A model generated the notes under the pieces. The model was not told the origin of the DNA. It worked only from the letters and a program-made list of their open reading frames with translations, and made no database searches. Below are positions 34,061-41,166 of a stretch of DNA of 64,000 nucleotides, piece after piece. This DNA is from a virus. The first letter of the stretch is position 1; every line of letters starts with the position of its first letter. Where the stretch lies: positions 116,839 to 180,838 of IMG/VR virus record IMGVR_UViG_3300024999_000034; one strand, 5' to 3'. A program made the translations under genes and the position numbers.

Positions 34061-34089
34061 TTGACTATATTAGTCGAATATTGTATCAT
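34061..34089 (+). promoter_or_regulatory. sigmaA promoter with an overlapping palindromic operator, upstream of the mazF-endonuclease-agrB-DUF5317 unit
   Basis: TTGACT-N17-TATCAT; TTGACTA-TAT-TAGTCGA palindrome over the -35; upstream AATGACAT direct repeat and TGACAT...ATGTCA inverted repeat (34013..34049). Confidence 0.7.
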
Positions 34090-34224
34090 GTTAATAGAAG
34101 GAGGTTTTGAAGAGATGATTTGTAAGACAGAAATAAATTTTCTGCATGGAATGTATATGCCAAGCTTTGTTTGGATATGTTATAAAAAGAGAAATAAAAT
34201 TAAGAAAAGGAAGTGCTTTAAATT

Positions 34225-34608
34225 ATGTTGCAACAACAATTTAATCGGGGAGAGATATGGTTAGTTGATCTTCCATTTACAGGTAATTCAATTCAAGGTG
34301 GAGGCATTAGGCCAGTTGTGTTGTGTAGTAATAATATGGCAAATCTACATAGTCCAATTTTACATTATGTTCCTCTTACAACTCGTAAGAAACCATCCCT
34401 CCCTACTCACACAGAAATTGACACAGATAGCGGAATAATTAGAAAATCTACTGTACTATGTGAACAAGTTATGCCATTACCAAAAACGGCTTTCAAAGAA
34501 TGTATAGGATTCTGCAATGAAAAAGTAATGGATAAGGTTGATTTTTGTCTAGCTGTGCATTTAGGTTTGGTTAAACTTGTGAATAGAAATAATGTTGCTT
34601 ATGGTTAA
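34225..34608 (+). CDS. mazF: MazF/PemK-family endoribonuclease without an adjacent MazE
   Basis: RGEIWLVDL, GGIRPVV (catalytic Arg), PLTT (catalytic Thr), LPTH, VLCEQV, MDKVD. Confidence 0.9.
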   Translation: MLQQQFNRGEIWLVDLPFTGNSIQGGGIRPVVLCSNNMANLHSPILHYVPLTTRKKPSLPTHTEIDTDSGIIRKSTVLCEQVMPLPKTAFKECIGFCNEKVMDKVDFCLAVHLGLVKLVNRNNVAYG

Positions 34609-34637
34609 TAAAAATAAGAAGGAGAGATAAATAATTA

Positions 34638-36242
34638 TTGGGTAAAAATAAAACTACAGAGCAGTATAGACAAGAGTTAGAAGAATATAATTTAAAATAT
34701 AATACAAAAATAAAGTTAAAGAATGGAGTTGAATATAATGGTGCTAATACTAAAATATTACATATTTGTTCGTGTGGTAAAGAGTGGTTAGTTTCACCTT
34801 CAGGCGTTATAAATAGTAGTTCGAAAACAAGTTGTGGTTTATGTTATACGTTTGCAGAAAAAGGAATCGATAATCTAGGGTATAATTTTTTAGAAAAATA
34901 TTGGGATTATAAAACAAATAACGAATTAGGAATTGATCCTTGGAAAATTAGTTGTAGTTCTGGAAAAGATGTTTATATATTTTGCCAAGAGAAAGATTAT
35001 CATGGAAGTTATAAAGTACGTTGTGTTGATTTTAGTAATGGAAGTAGGTGTGGTTATTGTCAAGGATACTATTTGGTTCATCCTTTAGATAGTTACGGAC
35101 AGTATTTAATTGATTCATTTGGAATAACCGCAATAGAACTGTATTGGGATTATAATATAAACACTGTTGATCCTTGGAAGATTACAAAACAATCAAATAA
35201 GATGGTATATATTAAATGTCAGAGGAAATATTATCATGGAAGTTATGGCATCAAGTGTAATGATTTTGTAAGAGGTGATAGATGCGGATATTGTGGAGGT
35301 AAAAAAGTACATCCATTGGACAGTCTAGGAACACTACATCCAAAATCACTAGAATTATGGTCAAATATAAACAAAAAATCACCATATGAATATATGTCTG
35401 GAAGCGATATGGAAGTTTGGTTTAAATGTGGCAACAAGAGACATGAAGATTACCAAAAAAGAATATATAATGCAGTAAATTGTAATTTTAGATGTCCAGT
35501 ATGTTCTCAAGAGCAAAAAGAATCTGTCATGGCCTCCACACTAAAGCAGGTATTAAGATATGAATACAGTCATACAAAATGGGAATATGACGCAGGATTT
35601 AAAATAGATAATAATATTAGTAGGTATGATATTTATGTTCCAGAATTGAATAACTTATTAATAGAATGCCAAAGTGAATATCACGATGATGAAAAACATA
35701 TTATTAACGATCAACTTAAAAAACAGTTTGCTATTGATAATGGATATGAATTTATAGCAATAGATAAAAGAGATTTTACAATAATAGAAATACTGAAATT
35801 TTTTATACCACATATAGATAAAATCCCTGATTATATACAAATAAATAAAAATACAACAAGAAGCTGGGACATAGAAAACGCTCAAAAACTACTAGATACT
35901 GGTCATACATACATAGATATAGCCAATATATTAGAAACGTCAGCTACAGCAATACGTGCAAGTGTAGGCGATAATGGTTTAATTAAACCAAATAATTATA
36001 TTTTCCAAGGTGCAAATATAGTTTGTTTATCTATGGATAATAATTTAATAAAAACATATAATTCATGTACTTCTGCTGCCAAAGATTTAGGAAAAGCAAA
36101 TGGAACAAGTATTAGTTCATGTTTGACTAAAAAGCCTCGTTCAGATACTGGGAAAATACGTGAAACAGCTTTTGGTTTTAAATGGATGTATCTAGTAGAT
36201 TATGAGAATATGGTCAAAGATCAAAATAATAAACCTCCGTAG
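34638..36242 (+). CDS. Homing-endonuclease-like protein: repeated zinc-ribbon modules, PD-(D/E)xK/Vsr-like nuclease domain, NUMOD1-like C-terminus
   Basis: Repeated W...C..K..H..Y......G.RC.YC units; RYDIYV...LIECQSEYH...DQLKK; IKTYNSCTSAAKDLG...TAFGFKWMY. Confidence 0.7.
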   Translation: MGKNKTTEQYRQELEEYNLKYNTKIKLKNGVEYNGANTKILHICSCGKEWLVSPSGVINSSSKTSCGLCYTFAEKGIDNLGYNFLEKYWDYKTNNELGIDPWKISCSSGKDVYIFCQEKDYHGSYKVRCVDFSNGSRCGYCQGYYLVHPLDSYGQYLIDSFGITAIELYWDYNINTVDPWKITKQSNKMVYIKCQRKYYHGSYGIKCNDFVRGDRCGYCGGKKVHPLDSLGTLHPKSLELWSNINKKSPYEYMSGSDMEVWFKCGNKRHEDYQKRIYNAVNCNFRCPVCSQEQKESVMASTLKQVLRYEYSHTKWEYDAGFKIDNNISRYDIYVPELNNLLIECQSEYHDDEKHIINDQLKKQFAIDNGYEFIAIDKRDFTIIEILKFFIPHIDKIPDYIQINKNTTRSWDIENAQKLLDTGHTYIDIANILETSATAIRASVGDNGLIKPNNYIFQGANIVCLSMDNNLIKTYNSCTSAAKDLGKANGTSISSCLTKKPRSDTGKIRETAFGFKWMYLVDYENMVKDQNNKPP

Positions 36243-36297
36243 AATACATAAATAAATAATTAAAATTAGATATAGTAAAGGAGAGATACAAAAATAA

Positions 36298-36996
36298 ATG
36301 GATTTAATCACACTAGCAACAAAAACGACATACAAATTATTCAAAGTAGATGAAGTAATTGACTCATTTGATCAAAAACACTTTAATATTGTTAAGATAA
36401 TAGTAAAAAAATATAGGAATATGGACATTGAAGCAACAAAATCTCAAGTACAACAATTAGCCGAAAACGGAATTAGGAATTTTTGGAGTGAGTTATTTAA
36501 GTATATAATTGTATTATCAATTGCAAGTTATTTTAATATATTTACTCCAACTTTCTTTGTAATGAATGCTTTCTCTGTCCTCAGAGCATTGGCTGGTGGC
36601 GTACATATGTCTACCATAGGAAAATGCTTTGCAATGATGGTTCTATTCTTCTTATCACTAGGATATTTAATTAGTATATTACATATAAATACGTTAGTAT
36701 TAGTCGTAGGAATATCATTGGGGTCTATATGGAGCATATACATAGCTAAAAAATATTCTCCACAGGAAAGACCAGATAAATCAGATAAAGATTGTGATCA
36801 CGGCAATATAAAAAAGTATAAGACAATAAAGTTTATTAAATTCTCGTATATAATTAGTATGATATTAATATTGTTTACTCAAAAATACATAATTGGGATT
36901 AGTATATTTACAGGTGTTTTACTTGAGATGGTAACAATTACACCTAGAGGAACGAGATTTTTTCAATGGATAGATAGTAAGAAGGTGACACTATGA
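36298..36996 (+). CDS. agrB: AgrB-family autoinducing-peptide processing membrane protease
   Basis: LRALAGGVHMSTIGKC with His and Cys 7 apart (catalytic pair), YSPQERP, multiple TM helices, C-terminal TP. Confidence 0.9.
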   Translation: MDLITLATKTTYKLFKVDEVIDSFDQKHFNIVKIIVKKYRNMDIEATKSQVQQLAENGIRNFWSELFKYIIVLSIASYFNIFTPTFFVMNAFSVLRALAGGVHMSTIGKCFAMMVLFFLSLGYLISILHINTLVLVVGISLGSIWSIYIAKKYSPQERPDKSDKDCDHGNIKKYKTIKFIKFSYIISMILILFTQKYIIGISIFTGVLLEMVTITPRGTRFFQWIDSKKVTL

Positions 36997-37619
36997 TCGA
37001 AGTGGTAGTGTTTACATTCGTTTTTGCATGGTTCAATGGTTATAAGTGGAAGGTATTAAATTTGTTTAAGCATTGGAGCATATACCCCATTGCACTTACT
37101 TGTGTTGCTCATATTTATATTATATATCTTATGGTTCATGGTCAATATTGGTTTATGGAATATGCCAAATACATAAAAATTGTATCTATATTACTTTACT
37201 TAGGTTTGATTTGTAAATATAAGTTATTCGACATATCTATCTTTAAGAAAATTAATATTAAAGAGAACCCTATATTAACCCCTTTTACATCTCCTGTTTC
37301 TTTAGGTGTATTATGCATGGGTATAGGATCTGTCTTAAATATTATTGCTATGAAATTTAATGGTTCAAAAATGCCTGTTTTTGCGAGTGTAAGTTTTGGT
37401 ACAGGATATTCAAAAATAGATATGTTTGATAAAATGTTACAGTATAATGACTTTCATGTATTTGGAAACAGTGCTACACATTTGATATTTTTAACCGATT
37501 TCATAGATATTTTTACATCCATTATGAGTATCGGTGATGTATTAACTAGAATATTTGTTGTTTTAGTAATATATTACTCAATAAAAGTATGTAATCATAA
37601 AGTAATAAATAATATTTAG
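36993..37619 (+). CDS. DUF5317-like integral membrane protein, translationally coupled to agrB
   Basis: GSVLNIIAMKFNGSKMPV and LTDFIDIFTSIMSIGDVL motifs; ATGA overlap. Confidence 0.7.
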   Translation: MIEVVVFTFVFAWFNGYKWKVLNLFKHWSIYPIALTCVAHIYIIYLMVHGQYWFMEYAKYIKIVSILLYLGLICKYKLFDISIFKKINIKENPILTPFTSPVSLGVLCMGIGSVLNIIAMKFNGSKMPVFASVSFGTGYSKIDMFDKMLQYNDFHVFGNSATHLIFLTDFIDIFTSIMSIGDVLTRIFVVLVIYYSIKVCNHKVINNI

Positions 37620-37648
37620 TTGACAAACAGTGAAGGGAGGTGTATACT
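37620..37648 (+). promoter_or_regulatory. sigmaA promoter for the membrane-receptor + agrD transcript
   Basis: TTGACA-N17-TATACT. Confidence 0.75.
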
Positions 37649-37687
37649 TATCACATAGCAAAGAAAAGTTTAGAGGAGTAGATTATT

Positions 37688-38476
37688 ATGTTGGAAAATA
37701 TCATTTATTGTGCGTTGAGTTGTATTTTTATCACGATCCCAGAAGACATTTTTCTAATAATATTAACGCTAAGATTTATGGGAAGAAAAGAGATGTTGGA
37801 TTTATACAATATTAAAGAAAATTTAATTTCGATTTTAAAAATTGTTATCCCTTCGGCATTGTCTTTAAATCTTTTAAATTTTATAATAATGACACCAACT
37901 TCAATTAACAAAATAATATCTTATACTATGTTGTATTTGTTATTGGTATACATATTAAAAAAGAAATCTTTTATTGAATATCCAAAATTATATCAAAAAG
38001 CTTTTCTATATTTTATCTTAAGTATATTAGTAATAATAGCTATTGAAATTATTACCTTGCCAATTATATTTAAATTAGTTAATAAAACATATAAAGAAAT
38101 TCAGGTAAATTATTATTTAGTCATAATATGTTCTCTGTCTTCTAGAATTATAAATCTAATAATATTGTTCACTATTTTTATGAAGAAGAATAGTAAATTT
38201 CAAATAAGTATTGGTAATTATATATTTAATAATAAATTTTTCACAAGATTATTGATTGGTGTCACGGCAGGATTGGTTGTATCTGAGGCATACTTTGTCA
38301 AGTTAATTTTGTGGAATAACTTTTTAAATATCATTCCAACAATTTACGAACAATTGTTGTTAGTTATAAGTTTTACTTTTTTAGTACCAAGTTTGATAAT
38401 TTCAATAGTTTATTCTTGTATAAATTATTGTGTTATGATTATTAATAGTGAGAAGCAGACTTTCAGAAATGACTGA
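37688..38476 (+). CDS. Multi-pass membrane protein resembling an AgrC-type sensor domain with no kinase domain (copy 1)
   Basis: About 7 hydrophobic helices over 262 aa, no H-box or HATPase; sits between agrB and agrD. Confidence 0.6.
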   Translation: MLENIIYCALSCIFITIPEDIFLIILTLRFMGRKEMLDLYNIKENLISILKIVIPSALSLNLLNFIIMTPTSINKIISYTMLYLLLVYILKKKSFIEYPKLYQKAFLYFILSILVIIAIEIITLPIIFKLVNKTYKEIQVNYYLVIICSLSSRIINLIILFTIFMKKNSKFQISIGNYIFNNKFFTRLLIGVTAGLVVSEAYFVKLILWNNFLNIIPTIYEQLLLVISFTFLVPSLIISIVYSCINYCVMIINSEKQTFRND

Positions 38477-38515
38477 TCTGATTTTTCAAATACATTATAG
38501 AAGGAGGTGAAAATA

Positions 38516-38623
38516 ATGAAAAAGAATATCGTAATTGGTTTTGTAGCAATCGCTGCTTTTGCAGCAGTAATGTCTTCAATGGTAGTTTGGCATCAATCGG
38601 AAACTCCTAGTTGTATCGCGTAG
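38516..38623 (+). CDS. agrD: AgrD-like cyclic autoinducer propeptide, 35 aa (MKKNIVIGFVAIAAFAAVMSSMVVWHQSETPSCIA), absent from the ORF track
   Basis: AAGGAGGTG RBS; MKK plus hydrophobic leader; ring candidate SMVVW followed by HQSETP, matching the clostridial AgrD tail HQPEEP. Confidence 0.8.
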   Translation: MKKNIVIGFVAIAAFAAVMSSMVVWHQSETPSCIA

Positions 38624-38640
38624 TACATATCCATGATCTA

Positions 38641-38669
38641 AGGAGGGAGTATTTATACTCTCTCCTTTT
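38641..38669 (+). terminator. Intrinsic terminator after agrD
   Basis: AGGAGGGAGTAT/ATACTCTCTCCT hairpin followed by T run. Confidence 0.75.
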
Positions 38670-38697
38670 GAATTATAAAATAATTTTTATAATACTA

Positions 38698-38727
38698 TTG
38701 ACATATTATCCACTGTTGTAGTATAGT
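38698..38727 (+). promoter_or_regulatory. sigmaA promoter for the HTH-MazF gene
   Basis: TTGACA-N18-TATAGT. Confidence 0.65.
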
Positions 38728-38779
38728 AATATAAAGTAAGAAATTACGAAATATTATATTTACAAATTATGAAGGGTGG

Positions 38780-39601
38780 ATGATTAATATGTTTTTCAAT
38801 ACAAAAAAGAGAAATGAGACTGTTAAATCAAATGAGGCAAAGGATTTCAAGAAGCTTGCAAACTTAGTAAAAATAGCCGTTGGAAGCAATACTATTTCAG
38901 AGTTTGCAAACAGATGTGGTATTCCAAATTCAGCTAAAAGTATTGCTATGATTACTCAAGAAAAAATAACTACATACCCAGAAGTCGGTTTGCTTAAAAA
39001 AATTGCTTTGGGTTCTGAATTTCGAGTATCTTTTAATGATTTAAGGATTGCATGTGGTTATGATTTAAATGATACAGGGATTGATCTTAGAGGTGTAAAA
39101 GCTATGAGGGGTTGGATTGCCTTATGTAACTATGGGAACGTTTTAGACTCAGAACAATCTGGAATTAGGCCTTCCTTAATAATTTCCAATAATATTGGGA
39201 ATGAGAGAGGGACTATTTTGATGGCAATTCCTTTATCTAGTAAAATAATGAAAAATACTATGCCGACCCACGTCAGAATTGGCCCCAAAGACTGCGGATT
39301 GGCACAAGAGTCAGAAATTTTAGTTGAGCAGATGCGTGTAGTATCAAAAAGTCGTTTAATGATTGATGGGTTCATTCAACCAATTTGTGAATGTCCTGAA
39401 GACATACTCCGTAAGGTAGAAATAGCCATCATGAAGGAAACTGGTATGGTGAATACTAGAGCCAATGAATCTACAGTAGATAGATTCCTTGATAAACTTA
39501 ATGAATATGTAAATAAAGCAGAAGAAAGTCGTATCAATCACATTCAAAGCAATAATCGCAACACAATTCCACAACAACAGAGAGTAGCATCTTTTGCATG
39601 A
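38780..39601 (+). CDS. XRE-like HTH fused to a MazF/PemK domain
   Basis: N-terminal TISEFANRCGI...PEVGLLKKIA...DLRIACGY; C-terminal SEQSGIRPSLIISN...IPLSS...MPTHV...ILVEQMR. Confidence 0.85.
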   Translation: MINMFFNTKKRNETVKSNEAKDFKKLANLVKIAVGSNTISEFANRCGIPNSAKSIAMITQEKITTYPEVGLLKKIALGSEFRVSFNDLRIACGYDLNDTGIDLRGVKAMRGWIALCNYGNVLDSEQSGIRPSLIISNNIGNERGTILMAIPLSSKIMKNTMPTHVRIGPKDCGLAQESEILVEQMRVVSKSRLMIDGFIQPICECPEDILRKVEIAIMKETGMVNTRANESTVDRFLDKLNEYVNKAEESRINHIQSNNRNTIPQQQRVASFA

Positions 39602-39606
39602 ATATA

Positions 39607-39659
39607 ATATAAATGGTCATTATATGTCCTTCTTATTATAATATAATGACCATTTATAT
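39607..39659. repeat. Perfect 19-bp inverted repeat with a 15-nt loop between the HTH-MazF gene and receptor copy 2
   Basis: ATATAAATGGTCATTATAT ... ATATAATGACCATTTATAT. Confidence 0.85.
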
Positions 39660-39694
39660 ATACCAAAAATAAAAATAAAAAGGAGTACGCCTAT

Positions 39695-40495
39695 ATGCAA
39701 GCAATTACAAATGCCATCCTAAACACCATATTCGTTGGCCTCCCTGAAGAAATGTTCATTGTAATAATCACATTATCACTTCTAAAAATCAATGATCTGC
39801 TAGACATCTTAATGTGGAAACGTAGTCTAACATGGATTATGCTCACAGCATTACCCGTAGCAATAATGGCAAATATCTTCAAATATATTATCATAGTACC
39901 AAAACAAAATTCTATATTGTCAATTATGTTATTTATGATAATTCTTATGCAATACATAGTCATCACCAATAGTTTCAAAGTAAATTTTTCACTAATATTT
40001 AAAACAGCAATCTACACAATCGCAAGCTTTGTAATTGTAGGAATCATTGAATATGCTTACTGTCCACTTCTATTAGCATTATTAGAAAAACCATATAGTT
40101 TTTTCAATGATAATGTAATGTACAATATCCTATGGGCTATTCCAATCAAAATTCTACACTTATGTATTGTTTCCTTAATTCTAGTGAGAAAAAATAGCAA
40201 AGTAAAAATTAATCTGTTTGACTCAATTATTAGAAATAAATTTATTGTTAGTGGTTTGTTGCTAATATTAGCAACCAGAGCATTAGTAGTTAATTATATC
40301 AATAAATTAGTGGAAAATAATAGCATCATGATTCAATTACAATTTATTGATGAATTAATTGCTATTGTTATAATCACATCAATTCCAGTAATATTTGTCA
40401 CATGGTTATTAATGGTAATCAATCATTATTTATGTAAAGAGAAAATGGCTCTGTTGGTTTGTGAAGGAGTTAGTGGAAATGATGACGGTGAGTGA
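39695..40495 (+). CDS. Multi-pass membrane protein, paralog of 37688..38476 (AgrC-like sensor without kinase, copy 2)
   Basis: Shared IF..(I/L)PE(D/E).F, IE....P, K.Y and KNSK..I....I..NKF motifs; similar length. Confidence 0.65.
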   Translation: MQAITNAILNTIFVGLPEEMFIVIITLSLLKINDLLDILMWKRSLTWIMLTALPVAIMANIFKYIIIVPKQNSILSIMLFMIILMQYIVITNSFKVNFSLIFKTAIYTIASFVIVGIIEYAYCPLLLALLEKPYSFFNDNVMYNILWAIPIKILHLCIVSLILVRKNSKVKINLFDSIIRNKFIVSGLLLILATRALVVNYINKLVENNSIMIQLQFIDELIAIVIITSIPVIFVTWLLMVINHYLCKEKMALLVCEGVSGNDDGE

Positions 40496-40535
40496 TAAAT
40501 AAGGAGTGGAAAACGAACATTTCAGAATAATTTGT

Positions 40536-40549
40536 CGAACGTATGTACT
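40536..40549. promoter_or_regulatory. Putative LexA (SOS/Cheo) box
   Basis: CGAACGTATGTACT, one mismatch to GAAC-N4-GTTC, about 20 bp upstream of a -35. Confidence 0.35.
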
Positions 40550-40568
40550 ATTTTTGTTATGATAATCC

Positions 40569-40597
40569 TTGAATAGTGTTTTTATAGATGATATAAT
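40569..40597 (+). promoter_or_regulatory. sigmaA promoter with extended -10
   Basis: TTGAAT-N17-TATAAT with TGn. Confidence 0.7.
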
Positions 40598-40677
40598 ATT
40601 ATCAAGGAGGTATTAAAAGAATCTATAAATTATTTGTAGAAATTACCATAAATTAAAATTAAAGGAGAAGTGAGTAT

Positions 40678-41031
40678 ATGAATTTAGAAACTAACAACGA
40701 GGAATATTTATGGGTAATCAAAGATCAAGATGGTAACTTTGCTCACAGAAACAGTATTGGCAAGTCTGGTAAGAATACCTGCATATACATATCTTTTAGA
40801 ACATTCTCTCCTGAGTGCAAGGGTTATATAAGTAAAGAAAGTGCTGAATTAGCCTTGCAAGAATTAAACAGAAGAAAATCTATCATGAGATTACCAAATA
40901 CATTCAATTTAGAATATAATATTTTAAGTAAGATGACTAAACTACATAGGGAATTTCAAGGAGAGAATATGGTCATATATGAAAAAACACATTCAAATAT
41001 ATTAAACTGTCCTGTATTAGAAGCAATCTAG
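40678..41031 (+). CDS. Hypothetical protein in its own transcription unit between the agr module and the yopQ/mrpR-like operon
   Basis: AAGGAG RBS, own promoter and terminator. Confidence 0.6.
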   Translation: MNLETNNEEYLWVIKDQDGNFAHRNSIGKSGKNTCIYISFRTFSPECKGYISKESAELALQELNRRKSIMRLPNTFNLEYNILSKMTKLHREFQGENMVIYEKTHSNILNCPVLEAI

Positions 41032-41062
41032 ATTATTGTGTGCTTGATAGAAGAAATATAAA

Positions 41063-41095
41063 GAGCCACACTGGTCGCATCGATAAGTGTGGCTC
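41063..41095 (+). terminator. Hairpin, probable terminator
   Basis: GAGCCACACT-N13-AGTGTGGCTC. Confidence 0.6.
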
Positions 41096-41117
41096 ATATA
41101 AAAATAAGTATAATTTC

Positions 41118-41146
41118 TTGACATTAGAGTAATAATTAGATATACT
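41118..41146 (+). promoter_or_regulatory. sigmaA promoter of the DndB-like / recombinase-fold / XRE operon
   Basis: TTGACA-N17-TATACT. Confidence 0.75.
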
Positions 41147-41166
41147 GATATTAATATTATTTTAAT

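Noticed and set aside
34055-34264. MazE antitoxin upstream of mazF
   Set aside because: The listed start overlaps the promoter, and the plausible 49-aa product (34115..34264) has no RHH or AbrB features
36298-40495. Canonical agrBDCA two-component quorum-sensing operon
   Set aside because: No histidine kinase or LytTR response-regulator domain is encoded here; partners could lie outside the window or in the host
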